64,000 nt of DNA from Mayamaea pseudoterrestris (taxonomy: Eukaryota). How positions within the stretch are numbered: the first letter of the stretch is position 1; every line of letters begins with the position of its first letter. Location of the stretch: assembly GCA_027923505.1 (NCBI GenBank), contig BROI01000021.1:248001-312000 (forward strand), given 5' to 3'. Below, piece after piece: positions 32,807 through 43,519 of the stretch. The notes under the pieces are model-generated. The model did no database searches. It was not told the origin of the DNA and worked only from the letters and a program-made list of their open reading frames with translations. A program made the position numbers and the translations under genes.

Positions 32807-33577
32807 ATGTCTAACAATCCGTACACTGCTCTTCAGCACGGAGGGATGCTGAGCAATCGCACACAGACTTCAGACTCCCGGCCTCAGAATCACTACGTCC
32901 ATTCAAGTGACTCCCACTCCTCCTCACGCAGATCCTCTCTTCAACAAGCGGCCACTCAGTCGCAGCAGTCGGCCCCTCCCACGGCGGAACTCTCGGAGAA
33001 CCACGCCTGGGTGCGACTTACCGTCGACCTTCCTGGCGTCCATTCCAAGGACCTTGACGTTGCCATTCACTACGGCATTCTGACGATTACTGGCGCGCGC
33101 CAGACGTTGAGTGTGGACGGCAATGTGGTTCTGAAGAAGCACAAGTTCAGTCGCAGATACGCGATCGACACCGACATTGTCGATGTCACCAAGGTGAGCG
33201 CGAACCTTTCGCTTGGTGTCCTTACGGTCAAGGCTCCCAAGAGGACGCGTCTCCAGGATCGAGTCAAGGTCGATGTCACTGTCGGCGATCGGTCATTGAT
33301 GAGCCAAGACGCCAGCGGCAACTTTATGAATGCCAACGCAAACAAGAACTCTGTCGCTGCGATTGCTCCCGTTGGAAGCAGTGCGGTGACTACTGCAGCA
33401 TCCGAAGGAACGTTTGAGTCCTTGGGACAGTCGACATTGGCAGCGAATGAGCCGGGACAAGGAAAGGAGCACAATGTCAGTGTTGGGCAGGCGCCTCAAA
33501 TGGTCAGACCCGACGAGGAGACTGATTCTATGGCGACACCATCGCCAGACGAGGACGGCAGTGCCAGCAAAAATTAG
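32807..33577 (+). CDS. HSP20: Small heat-shock protein with a single alpha-crystallin domain and low-complexity extensions
   Basis: VDLPGV...GILTITGAR...FSRRY...ANLSLGVLTVKAPK. ATG at 32807 is in an accATG context after a CT-rich leader. Confidence 0.88.
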   Translation: MSNNPYTALQHGGMLSNRTQTSDSRPQNHYVHSSDSHSSSRRSSLQQAATQSQQSAPPTAELSENHAWVRLTVDLPGVHSKDLDVAIHYGILTITGARQTLSVDGNVVLKKHKFSRRYAIDTDIVDVTKVSANLSLGVLTVKAPKRTRLQDRVKVDVTVGDRSLMSQDASGNFMNANANKNSVAAIAPVGSSAVTTAASEGTFESLGQSTLAANEPGQGKEHNVSVGQAPQMVRPDEETDSMATPSPDEDGSASKN

Positions 33578-34468
33578 CTTATTTTAACCATTCATCTTAG
33601 ATTGTACTTTACTACTACTTTCATTAAGCGTAACTACGGTAGCAACGTCTTACATCGCATCCATCGCTTCAAGTTCCCGCAATTCAATCGTGGTAGTATT
33701 TAGCCCACTTTATCGTGACCTGCGTTGAGCAGCTGCTTTGCGACTGAGTTGGCGAAGGTCATATGGATCACACATGTCTATTACGATCACCAATCCGATG
33801 CTTTCTTCCAACGAGAACTATCGAAGTTTATACATTGAACGCAATCAGTTGACGGAGTGGTGCGGCAGTTTGTGTGTGTCTGGGTGACCTCCATTGAGCA
33901 GCGCTCTGGCGTTCACTGCAGATGCGCCATATGTACACATGTCTTGGGGAGATCACGGCTCGTCGATGGTGCTTCGAAAGGAGGACCACGGAAGCAACCT
34001 TGGAAGGCGGAGTCGTTTGGCGCTGGAACTACATCGATTTCGGCGCGTCTCCATGGCACACACATGCATTGGTTTTGTCGAAAGTTGCACCTCAACTGCA
34101 ACGGAGTCTGGCAAAGTTGCAGTAGAATGTAACGCTCTTCCATCCAACTGCCATTCGCTTTCCCGAGTCATCCATGGAGTTCCGCGAGTCGCGCAATGAA
34201 GTCGTGTGCTTGCGGGATATCACGATAGATGACTGCGCTTGTCGCTATGTACGTACGGTACTCGTTCGGGTATTTGGTTCCGCTGCGACTCCATCGGTTG
34301 CTGTGGACGATGGCTCATCACAGGAGCCCCACGCAGCGATTATGAAAAGTGTGCCGCAATCACTTTGCCCGCACCACACACTTTCGACAGGACGTTCCAT
34401 TCTCCAAGTCAGCCACCGTCTTCTCCTTCATTGCAATCTTTAAAGATTTACATAAAATTGTTGCCAGA

Positions 34469-34693
34469 ATGATGCGAACAAGAACATTCGGCTCCCGGAT
34501 GGTCCAGAATCTTCGAAATGCATCGCGAACACATCCATCTCTACATCGAACAATGCAACACAGCCGACGAACCATGCAGAGAATGGCAATAAGGAATGCA
34601 TCAGTAACAGTGTCAATGCTTCATGATATAAGTTCGCAATTCTCGTCGCCATGTCTGCTTTTGGATGCCGGAGAAGACGAGGACGGAACGTAA
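34469..34693 (+). CDS. Small (74 aa) hypothetical protein with a basic presequence-like N-terminus and acidic EDEDGT C-terminus
   Basis: Preceded by a pyrimidine-rich leader. Likely intron 34690..34804 (GTAAGT...TTCAG) inside the last codon. Confidence 0.45.
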   Translation: MMRTRTFGSRMVQNLRNASRTHPSLHRTMQHSRRTMQRMAIRNASVTVSMLHDISSQFSSPCLLLDAGEDEDGT

Positions 34694-35359
34694 GTGACCG
34701 AAAGGTGCGACGCATGCCGAGCCAAACATGGACGCTTCTTCCTCTTGATTGTTGTTGACCCACCGACTATAGTTGATGAAACCCATCACATTCATTTCAT
34801 TCAGATGACAGGCAGGGGTCAACGCAGAAGTATAGTGACTTGGATGGCGGAATTGGAGGCAAAGGTGCGTTCATCTTCATCCGTTTAATGCGAGCATCGA
34901 GAGTACGGCGGCATGTTTATGCCAGGTGAATGCAACACCCAGTGAGGAAACGCGATTTACTACTACAAATATATAACATCGGAATTTTTCTTGTCGATAT
35001 TCGCTTGTCGACTTCCTTCTGAGGGTGTTGCTGACCTGCAAGACACATTGTCAGGTTGGGCCGTCGATCTCTCGCTTGAATCACAGCTTGGCTCACCGCG
35101 AGAGCACCTTCTTTTTTCTTCTTATCATCAGGTAAAATTTATTAAGGTGCTTGTTTATATTACTTTATTTATTAATCCTAGTGTACGTGATGCTAGAGCA
35201 AAGACGTTGACTGAAATATCGCCAGTCGCCAGCCAACATCGAGTTGCGTGCTCCTTTCTCCCATAGCTTGGAAATGTGCTGCACGAGACTACGGGTATAC
35301 TACCGGCAGTTTAATTTACGGTATCGCGATATTCTAAAACTAATCCAGTATGCTACAAG

Positions 35360-35635
35360 TTACCCTCCGTCGTCTTCCTCGTCCATTGCTGTCAGATCGC
35401 CCATCAAGAATACTCGAAAGTTCCCTCTTGGCACAAATCCGCTATTCATCAGTCCGTCAATATGTATTATCCTTGAGCTATTAAATGAAGCCTCTGTAAA
35501 CTTGCAGCTGCTGGCCGCGCTTGGCGCTTGCCATGGACTGCCGATTGACCAAGACGCCGCTGTCGACCGTCGTATCGTTTCTTTACCTCGTCGGCCAAAT
35601 CGACTTAACGCTCTTGCTGCTGATTGCTGCATCAT
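35360..35635 (-). CDS. Small (91 aa) hypothetical protein with a basic presequence-like N-terminus and acidic DEEDDGG C-terminus
   Basis: Same architecture as the 34469 ORF, followed by AT-rich 3' sequence. Confidence 0.4.
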   Translation of the reverse strand: MMQQSAARALSRFGRRGKETIRRSTAASWSIGSPWQAPSAASSCKFTEASFNSSRIIHIDGLMNSGFVPRGNFRVFLMGDLTAMDEEDDGG

Positions 35636-35911
35636 GACGTTTGCTCTTGACCTCTATAAGACTTTCAAGCTCCCCTTCCGAGAACAGTATTGACTTGAGA
35701 GTGAAAGCAATAGCCAAAAGTCTCGGCGCGATCACAGCATGGCGACGACGAGAAGCGCATCGTCCACAAGATTTGAGAACCGCTCCGACGCGATATTTCG
35801 TCGATTTTTTGTGACGATGATGGTTGCCAAATCCAATGCCGACTGTCCATCAGTGTACTGCAGCTCTTGCTTATTCGCATCCTCTGGTCCGTCTAATACT
35901 ACATTTTTGTA

Positions 35912-37285
35912 ATGCAATTCTTGCAATGCTGTAGAGGGACGAGCTTGTGCCACTCGCTAGCCTTTTTCGTGCTGATACTTGGATCATTGCAGCTCATCGC
36001 CATACTCACGCAAGTGTACGGCACAAATGCACGAGACTTGCTTTGCCAAAGCATGAATGTTCAACGAAAGACAATAGCATCGAATGAAATAAAAGAGAAA
36101 GCGTCCGAGACGACTGCCATAACGGAGCTAGAGCAATTGTTGCCAAGGAGGTATCCAGTCTCAGACAGCAACGCAACAACCAACTTTGAAGGTGTTCAAG
36201 CACGAGCATTCACACCATACGAGCACCCAGTACCTTGTTTTGAGCCCGAGCAAGACTGGAAACTGCGTCAAAGCGATGCATCGCAAACTGGCTTTCTATT
36301 TGTAAAACCATTCAAGACTGGATCGTCAACCGCCTCGGGCTTGAACCTTCGAATCGCTCGCAACGTTGCCGCTCGAGACCAGCAGCATGACTTTGACGTT
36401 TGCAAGGCGAGGAGCGACCACGTGTGGGCCAACGCAAAGTATTACGATCGACTGCCAGATAAGTCCTTTCTCTGGACCATTGTGAGGCATCCAACCGCTC
36501 GAGTCGTTTCACAATTCTTCCACTTTCGAGTCAGTCGGGCCAAGTCGGAACCGACCGATCGCAACTTTATCGCATACATGACTACTGGTCCCATTGACAT
36601 GATTCATGACTACTACTTGGGCTCGCTATCACTCCAAGACTACAAGCGCGGCGAAACTGACCCTGTTGCCACGGCGAATCACATTTTGAAGGAATATAAT
36701 TTCGTTGGAATCACCGAACGTATGGACGAGTCAGCCATTGCATTGGCAATGCTTTTAAACGTTCCAATTGGTGACTTGCTTTACTTGACAGCCAAGGGCC
36801 ATGGTGGGTATGATGATGCGGGTGGACGGGATGGTAATGTTTGTACCTTTATTTGGCCATCCTTTGTGTCGAGCGGCATGCAGGCCTATCTCGATTCAGA
36901 TGATTGGAAGGAAAAGAGTCACTGGGATACCATTTTGTATGATGCGGCGAATCGAAGTTTGGACTTGACCATTGACAAACTAGGGCGAGAACGCTTTTAT
37001 GACAACGTTGCCGTGTACAAACAGGCGAAGCGATTAAGCGAGGAGAGGTGTCTACACAATGTCACGTTTCCATGTTCCGAGGGAGGCGACTATACACCAG
37101 ATGAGGAGACGAGCTGCCTTTGGAAGGATTCTGGTTGGTTGCTGGCGCGACATAGTTGTTTACGTATAGCTGCTCAAAGTTTGCATAAAGGTCCAACACA
37201 CTTCCTCCCTTTACACACAGGTTGCGGGTGTGAATGTCTCGATGCAGTAGCGCGGGAGTTGAAGATTGACCAAATAACTTTGTAG
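35912..37285 (+). CDS. Golgi-type sulfotransferase (galactose-3-O-sulfotransferase / Sulfotransfer_2-like)
   Basis: N-terminal TM, 5'-PSB motif FVKPFKTGSST, 3'-PB motif IVRHPTARVVSQFF and FVGITERMDES. Probable in-frame intron 37134..37220. Confidence 0.85.
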   Translation: MQFLQCCRGTSLCHSLAFFVLILGSLQLIAILTQVYGTNARDLLCQSMNVQRKTIASNEIKEKASETTAITELEQLLPRRYPVSDSNATTNFEGVQARAFTPYEHPVPCFEPEQDWKLRQSDASQTGFLFVKPFKTGSSTASGLNLRIARNVAARDQQHDFDVCKARSDHVWANAKYYDRLPDKSFLWTIVRHPTARVVSQFFHFRVSRAKSEPTDRNFIAYMTTGPIDMIHDYYLGSLSLQDYKRGETDPVATANHILKEYNFVGITERMDESAIALAMLLNVPIGDLLYLTAKGHGGYDDAGGRDGNVCTFIWPSFVSSGMQAYLDSDDWKEKSHWDTILYDAANRSLDLTIDKLGRERFYDNVAVYKQAKRLSEERCLHNVTFPCSEGGDYTPDEETSCLWKDSGWLLARHSCLRIAAQSLHKGPTHFLPLHTGCGCECLDAVARELKIDQITL

Positions 37286-37501
37286 ATACATTATTGCCGC
37301 CGTAATACAATGTCATTAGAAAAATTAGATGTACTGAATTATAGCATAAGGCGTTGATCTCATCATTATTTTCAAACAAGGGATAGATCAGTACCGTTCT
37401 GACTAGTCGGCGACGCAACGACATACCGGTAGACTGAATGAGGGACGACGACGACGACGAGATCGCTACGACGATGATGTGCTCACTGACCATGATGTTT
37501 C

Positions 37502-38635
37502 ATGATGTTTTGTGGTTTAGTTTGCATGCTGCGTCGTCGCAAGCCAGACACACCTGAGAAACCAACCTACAAGAGCAAGAGTCGTCGAGCATCACTACTT
37601 TTACAAAGCTGCTATATCCAGAATTGGGACTTGGTTAGACAACGATGTCGTTCACATCCGCAGGAAGCTTTTCATCGGACGAACGACACTGCACGCACGG
37701 CGCTCCATCTAGCTTTACTGCCTGGATATCAAGCTCCGCAAGACGTGATTGAGCTGCTTATACATTGCAACCCACATGCTATACTTGTCGAAGATAGTTT
37801 AACACTATTCAAAGCTCGCACTCCACTGCATTACCTTTGCCACTCGCGCCATCGCGACAACGTGGAACTTTGGCGAATGGCCATACAAGCGGCACTGACA
37901 ATGACAAGACAGTATCCATTGGACTGTCCTCCCATGAGCTATTATTCGCCGCTTTATCACGCTTGTAGTCGAGGCGCGTCGGCTGGTACGCTCGAGGCTT
38001 TGATTCTCGGTGCAGATACTTGGATAGCTTCGGTCGACATTGGGTCTATGCACAAAGACCCGCTGGCTATATTGTGGAGCCGCGTTGAACATCACTTCCG
38101 TGTCATGGACATTCTGACAATTGTGACAATTAGAACGATTACAGCTTCGTATTTAGCAGATCGAAATGCGTCGATTTGGAACAATGATATCTATTCAGAT
38201 TACAACCATGCCGAGCAAGCATGGATCAAGCTTTTAGTGATGCTGCAATATGGCTTCACTTTGACGCATGCAAGGTATTCCAATATCATGGAGCTGTTGG
38301 TGAGGATGTTCTGGCCGCTACCCGAGTTGACGAGGCTTGCATGCACGTTGTTTCCCGATGAGATTATTTCTCGCACCAATGATGGGTCATCATTCCTGCA
38401 AGCACTCTTAGACCGAGAAGAATTATCCCAGGAACCGCTATTGACATTTAAAAAACGTAGGATGATGTCCATTGAGGTTATGTCCATTTTTATTGAGGTT
38501 CGGCCAGAGCTTTTAAAAATTAAAGACAAGCGCACCGGGCTTTATCCTTTCGCGATAGCGGCGACCAAAGCCATGTCTGTCAATTGCATATATACGATGC
38601 TTCGGTTGTCTCCGGATGTCATCATTACATCTTGA
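37502..38635 (+). CDS. Degenerate ankyrin-repeat protein
   Basis: RTALHLA, RTPLHYLC, SPLYHAC and C-terminal DKRTGLYPFAIAA...IYTMLRLSP, a pattern common in diatom ankyrin-like families. Confidence 0.7.
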   Translation: MMFCGLVCMLRRRKPDTPEKPTYKSKSRRASLLLQSCYIQNWDLVRQRCRSHPQEAFHRTNDTARTALHLALLPGYQAPQDVIELLIHCNPHAILVEDSLTLFKARTPLHYLCHSRHRDNVELWRMAIQAALTMTRQYPLDCPPMSYYSPLYHACSRGASAGTLEALILGADTWIASVDIGSMHKDPLAILWSRVEHHFRVMDILTIVTIRTITASYLADRNASIWNNDIYSDYNHAEQAWIKLLVMLQYGFTLTHARYSNIMELLVRMFWPLPELTRLACTLFPDEIISRTNDGSSFLQALLDREELSQEPLLTFKKRRMMSIEVMSIFIEVRPELLKIKDKRTGLYPFAIAATKAMSVNCIYTMLRLSPDVIITS

Positions 38636-38676
38636 TAAGTAAAAAACGTTCTATTAAACAAACTAATCACATGTTT

Positions 38677-40197
38677 CTACTGAAATGCATCGTCGCCGGA
38701 CATGTCAATGCCATCGGCACCGACGAAATCCACAGTGTCAAGAAGTTCGAGTGTATCCACGAAGCCATTATTGGCATTGTCGTCAACGTCATCATCGTCG
38801 TCTCCATCTTCGTCGTCGTCAAGAATTATATCCGCTTCTCTTGCCTCTCGCATAATGAACTGCGCTACTGGCAGAGGCTCAAGGCCCCAACCTAACAGAA
38901 CGGAACCTTTCACTTCAATTCGCTGACCGGTATCCATCCTATCGCATTCGGGTCTAATAGTCGTCTCCAACGCTTCTTGGTCGCCTTTCAAGGTATTCAA
39001 ATTCTCACCTTCGTTATGAATGCTTCCCCAGTATGTCTTCGCGTCATCTTGCGTCAATGATCGTCCTTCGCTAAAGACGCTACCGGAAACACTTCGACCA
39101 AAACCAAAACGCCAAATTTGCATCCATAGTTGGTCACGATCATGGCCAATCACATCAAATTTGCCGCGCAAGATAACATCTCGTCCCAAGCCTGCAACGG
39201 TACTAAAGGTATTGTTGACATGAAACTGCACTTGCATTACCCGAATGTTAGCCATTCGCTGCGCCTCGTCTTCCTCCTCCTTCTTGACGGCATCGCTCTT
39301 GTCGTAAACATACTTGTTATATTTTATTGACCATCGCTTCTTGCCTTGGAAATTGTGTCGCAAAGGGTGACTCGTCAAGAGAAACGTCTTGTTGTAGAAA
39401 TCACTCCGGCGATACTTTTCGACGGAGACTTCTTCCTTGGCCTTTTGACGAGCGTTTAAACTTCCCAGCACTTGTCGTAAGCAAACAGTCTCGCGTTGAA
39501 GTGGCCGATACATTGGTTGATCAAAGAATGCAGGATGATTGCGAGGATAAAAGAACTTGCCGACCTTAATGGAACCAAATGGGACGCTCAGTCGCGTGTC
39601 AACCTGCACCAGCGTGTCGGTCTGACTTTGCGTTTCGTTCTGGTTTTTGAGATTTGTAGCAGAGTCATCGCCGAGACTAGTCTCGTGTGTGGCAATGACT
39701 CGGCCAACCAGCAGCGTATCTTGCTGCTTTGAGTTTGCTATCGTTGCCTGGGGACGTTGCGAATATTCCTTCGACGTCGACGGAACTTGCGTAGGTCGAT
39801 CTGCGGCTAGTAATAGCGTTCCATCAACAAAGTCCCACTTTCCCTTTTGAAAGCTGTTTTCAATAGATTTTGTAGATTGCAATGACGCAAACTGTGAAGT
39901 CTGTTGGAACCGTTTCCACGATTTGTCGACATCCTTCTCGCTGGCGTCAAAGTTGTCATTTTGATATTGCTGGAACGAGCCATCCTCCTTTAGCATGAGC
40001 AGTATTTCCGCTTCTGGTGTCTTGCTCTTTCTCGGATAGACAGTGAACTCCTTCAAAGGTGTTGGCTTGGTTAGCCTCCATAGACCGGCAATTTCATGAT
40101 GTGTAATGTCGGGCCGTTTTCCACCCGCTGCCCATTCAAAGGCTCGACACGCGGAGATGAACAGCAAGAAGCGAAATGCTTCAGTCAAACACCTCAT
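38677..40197 (-). CDS. Hypothetical protein with signal peptide (probably plastid-targeted) and acidic tail
   Basis: ~506-aa uninterrupted ORF. MRCLTEAFRFLLFISACRA-F matches the bipartite cleavage pattern. No family recognised. Confidence 0.7.
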   Translation of the reverse strand: MRCLTEAFRFLLFISACRAFEWAAGGKRPDITHHEIAGLWRLTKPTPLKEFTVYPRKSKTPEAEILLMLKEDGSFQQYQNDNFDASEKDVDKSWKRFQQTSQFASLQSTKSIENSFQKGKWDFVDGTLLLAADRPTQVPSTSKEYSQRPQATIANSKQQDTLLVGRVIATHETSLGDDSATNLKNQNETQSQTDTLVQVDTRLSVPFGSIKVGKFFYPRNHPAFFDQPMYRPLQRETVCLRQVLGSLNARQKAKEEVSVEKYRRSDFYNKTFLLTSHPLRHNFQGKKRWSIKYNKYVYDKSDAVKKEEEDEAQRMANIRVMQVQFHVNNTFSTVAGLGRDVILRGKFDVIGHDRDQLWMQIWRFGFGRSVSGSVFSEGRSLTQDDAKTYWGSIHNEGENLNTLKGDQEALETTIRPECDRMDTGQRIEVKGSVLLGWGLEPLPVAQFIMREAREADIILDDDEDGDDDDDVDDNANNGFVDTLELLDTVDFVGADGIDMSGDDAFQ

Positions 40198-40672
40198 TAT
40201 AGCACAAAGGATGGAAACGAAATGCCCTGTCATTGGAGTGAGACAAATGATGGAGTCAAAGTTGTCAAGGATTCCTTCGTGTCATCAATCATCATCATTC
40301 ATCGTGTCGACATCACGCTCAGGCAAGACCAAGTGGCCGTCTCAAATTCCCAAGTTATAGCTTACCTACAAACAAATGGTTTCTCTAACAGCAAGTTGAT
40401 AAAGATTATGTTCAGAGCATGCACGAGTCATGGAGAGCTCCAAGTTCCGTCTCGGGTCAGTCCGAAAGAACTTCGTCGTCGGTAGCTGGCGATTCGTCGG
40501 CGTCACAGGAGAAGGACATTTCATTCGCGCTTTATGTTAGTACCGCTGCGATGGAGGTGCATTTCTACACCAGCCGCACGTTTCGCACTCGCATCATTTC
40601 ACCGGCAACAACGCATTAATTTAATCTAAAGAAACAACCATTTTCGACGAAAAGACTATCACCGTAAGGAAC

Positions 40673-42508
40673 ATGAGTACAGAGGAAGAGCTTAATGCCA
40701 AGATTGCCGCACTCGGCGACCAAATCCGTCAAGCCAAGGCGGCTGGCGAGTCGCAGGATGTTTGGAATCCGTTTCTGCAGGAAATGATTGCCACCAAGGC
40801 AGCATTCAAGGAACTTACTGGAAAGGACTTTGCGCCGCCTCCGCAGCAATCAAAGAAAAAGGCATCTTCGGAACCAGAAGCAATCAATCAGGAAGCCTTT
40901 GACAAGAATAAGGAGAAGCGCGCCAAAAAGGCGGCCGAAAAGGCCCAGCGCGAAGCGGAGAAGGAAGCCAAGCGCGCCGTTCGAGCGCAGCGAGAAAAGG
41001 AAAAGCTTGACAAGCTTGCGGGAGTTGGGCAAAGTAACTTTGGAGATGCTCCATTGGTGCAGTCGTTGGAAGTGACGGACAAGACGTGGACGTCGGTTGG
41101 CGCGTTGAAGCCATCGCTGGCTGGCAAGGTCGTTTTGGTGCGCGGCCATTTGCAAAAGTCGCGCATGGTCGGCAAAGGAGCATTTGTTGTCGTTCGATCA
41201 TCCTTGTACAGCGTCCAGGGTGTTGCGTTTGAAACAAAGGATGGACCATTGTCGGCTGCCATGGTCAAATACATTGCTGGCTTGCCTGCTGAATCGGTCG
41301 TTGACATGGAGGGAACCTTGAGCGTACCGGATACGCCAGTCGAATCTGTTACACAGAAAATGGTCGAGGTGCATATCACATCGTTTCACTGTGTCTGCAA
41401 GGCAAAAACAGCTCTTCCTTTTCAGATTGAAGATGCGATGCGACCAGAACCGGCTGATGAGGCAGTCGGAGAGTACAATGAGGATGAAGAGATTGTGCAC
41501 GACGACGGGTTCGTTCACGTTGGCCAAAAGATTCGGCTTGATTACCGCTGGTTGGACCTTCGAACGCTGGCCAACCAAGCCATTTTTCGCATTGAAAGCA
41601 TGGTCGGTTGCTTGTTCCGTGAATACTTAATGAAGAATGGGTTTGTGGAAATACATACGCCCAAGCTGATTGGTGGCGCATCAGAGGGTGGGTCGGAAGT
41701 TTTCCAGCTCAACTATTTTGGACAGCCCGCTTGTCTCGCCATGAGCCCGCAGTTGCACAAGCAAATGACGGCAGCTTCGTCCGGCTTTGAGCGTGTTTTT
41801 GAGACTGGGCCAGTGTTTCGTGCCGAAAACTCGAACACGCGTCGACACTTGTGCGAGTTTACGGGCCTTGATTTTGAAATGGTCATTCACGAACACTACA
41901 ATGAAGCGTTGGAAGTATTCAACGACCTTTTTATTTACATATTTGACGGCTTGAACGAAAGATGCAAGGTGGAGCTTGAGCGTCTACGAGAACAGTTCCC
42001 GTTTAAGGATCTCAAGTATTTGCGACCGACTTTAAAACTTACGTACGCAGAAGGATGCGCGCTGCTTCGAGAAGCTGGCGTTGAACAGGGCGATTACGAA
42101 GATCTTTCGACGGAGAATGAAAAGAAGCTGGGCGATCTTGTCGCGGAGAAGTATGGTACGGACTTTTTCTTCCTGGACAAATTCCCACTCGCTGTGCGTC
42201 CATTCTATACCATGCCGGACCCCAAGAATCCTCAGCTATCTAATAGCTACGACTTTTTCATCCGAGGTCAGGAGATTTTGTCTGGTGCTCAGCGAATCCA
42301 CGATCCGGACTACCTAGAGGAGCGTGCCAAGGTCCATGGCATTGACTTAAAGGACATTAAAGCCTATGTCGATTCTTTCCGACACGGAACGCAGCCTCAC
42401 GCCGGAGGTGGCATTGGACTGGAGCGCGTGGTGATGCTCTTCCTCGGCTTGACAAACATTCGAAAGTCTGCTTGGTTTCCGCGCGACCCCAAGCGAATTT
42501 CACCGTAA
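40673..42508 (+). CDS. DARS1: Cytosolic aspartyl-tRNA synthetase with a WHEP-like N-terminal extension
   Basis: EIHTPKLIGGASEGG, motif 2 GPVFRAENSNTRRHLCEF, NSYDFFIRGQEILSGAQRIHDP, motif 3 PHAGGGIGLERV and FPRDPKRISP. Confidence 0.96.
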   Translation: MSTEEELNAKIAALGDQIRQAKAAGESQDVWNPFLQEMIATKAAFKELTGKDFAPPPQQSKKKASSEPEAINQEAFDKNKEKRAKKAAEKAQREAEKEAKRAVRAQREKEKLDKLAGVGQSNFGDAPLVQSLEVTDKTWTSVGALKPSLAGKVVLVRGHLQKSRMVGKGAFVVVRSSLYSVQGVAFETKDGPLSAAMVKYIAGLPAESVVDMEGTLSVPDTPVESVTQKMVEVHITSFHCVCKAKTALPFQIEDAMRPEPADEAVGEYNEDEEIVHDDGFVHVGQKIRLDYRWLDLRTLANQAIFRIESMVGCLFREYLMKNGFVEIHTPKLIGGASEGGSEVFQLNYFGQPACLAMSPQLHKQMTAASSGFERVFETGPVFRAENSNTRRHLCEFTGLDFEMVIHEHYNEALEVFNDLFIYIFDGLNERCKVELERLREQFPFKDLKYLRPTLKLTYAEGCALLREAGVEQGDYEDLSTENEKKLGDLVAEKYGTDFFFLDKFPLAVRPFYTMPDPKNPQLSNSYDFFIRGQEILSGAQRIHDPDYLEERAKVHGIDLKDIKAYVDSFRHGTQPHAGGGIGLERVVMLFLGLTNIRKSAWFPRDPKRISP

Positions 42509-42661
42509 CCTGTAGATTAATGACATTGTTAAGATAATAAATAAGTATTGGTTTGAATGGTGGTTCTTAAAAGTGTCTGATTCGGTATACTGGTACATGG
42601 ACTCGTTCTGGAATGGGTGTCATAAGGTAGCTAACACTGGACCGGTACTTACTGCGACACG

Positions 42662-43519
42662 ATGTCGCACGCGTCCATTCGATCTCATTTCACTGTCAAA
42701 GCCATGGCGCAAATGGCAACATCCGCATTAGTTCGGCTCAACAAACTAGTTGCTCAGAAGGGGCTATGCAGTCGCAGAGAAGCCGATGTCTTCATCACGA
42801 AGGGCTTGGTGAAGGTCGATGGGCGCATCATCTCTGAGCTTGGGAGTAAGGTGCGACCGAATGCATCTGTCGAACTCTTGCCGCGAGGAGTCGATTTGGT
42901 GAAGCAACAAGGGACGATACTATTTAACAAGCCTTTGGGGGTGGTGTCTTGCCAGCCAGAGACGCATCAAACGCCAGCGATTCAACTATGCACTCTGGAG
43001 AATGAGTACATTCGCAATCGTCGCGGCAAAGATCGGACAGCAACCTCATCTGATGATGTGCAATCTGCAACAAATAATAGTCGTATCCGGGAGCCTCGCC
43101 GACAGTCTGGATGGGCAGCCGCAGGTCGGCTTGATATAAACTCAACAGGACTCCTCGTCTTGACGCAGTCGGGATTTATTGCAAAGCAAATTATTGGCGC
43201 TGCCATGGAGAAGGAATACCTTGTGCGCGTTCGTCACAATCTATTGAAGGACGACATGGAAACGACTGACAAGATACACCAATTGCGCGAAGGCTTTATT
43301 CACGAAGGTGATCGCCTTACGACCAAGTCCGTGGAAGTGTTGAACGAGTCGCAGCTCCAGATTGTACTTGACGAGGGAAAGAAGCATCATCTACGTCGAA
43401 TGCTGATGCATGTAGGCTGGAAAGTTGATGCATTAAAGCGAGTGAGAATAGGCAACATTGTTCTTGGTGACTTACCGCCAGGAAATTGGAGGTGGTTGCG
43501 AAGCAATGAACAATTTTGA
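42662..43519 (+). CDS. RsuA/RluB/E/F-family rRNA pseudouridine synthase with S4 domain (organellar)
   Basis: S4 motif VRLNKLVAQKGLCSRREAD, catalytic GRLDINSTGLL, EKEYLVRV and EGKKHHLRRM...LKRVRIG. Confidence 0.9.
   Translation: MSHASIRSHFTVKAMAQMATSALVRLNKLVAQKGLCSRREADVFITKGLVKVDGRIISELGSKVRPNASVELLPRGVDLVKQQGTILFNKPLGVVSCQPETHQTPAIQLCTLENEYIRNRRGKDRTATSSDDVQSATNNSRIREPRRQSGWAAAGRLDINSTGLLVLTQSGFIAKQIIGAAMEKEYLVRVRHNLLKDDMETTDKIHQLREGFIHEGDRLTTKSVEVLNESQLQIVLDEGKKHHLRRMLMHVGWKVDALKRVRIGNIVLGDLPPGNWRWLRSNEQF

Noticed and set aside
33600..34440. Overlapping 67-101 aa ORFs
   Set aside because: No motifs, several non-ATG starts and mutual overlap, so treated as intergenic.
42662..43519. Recent bacterial horizontal transfer of the pseudouridine synthase
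   Set aside because: The family is bacterial-type, but the gene has an N-terminal extension and host-like composition, and organellar homologues are common in algae. A phylogeny would be needed.
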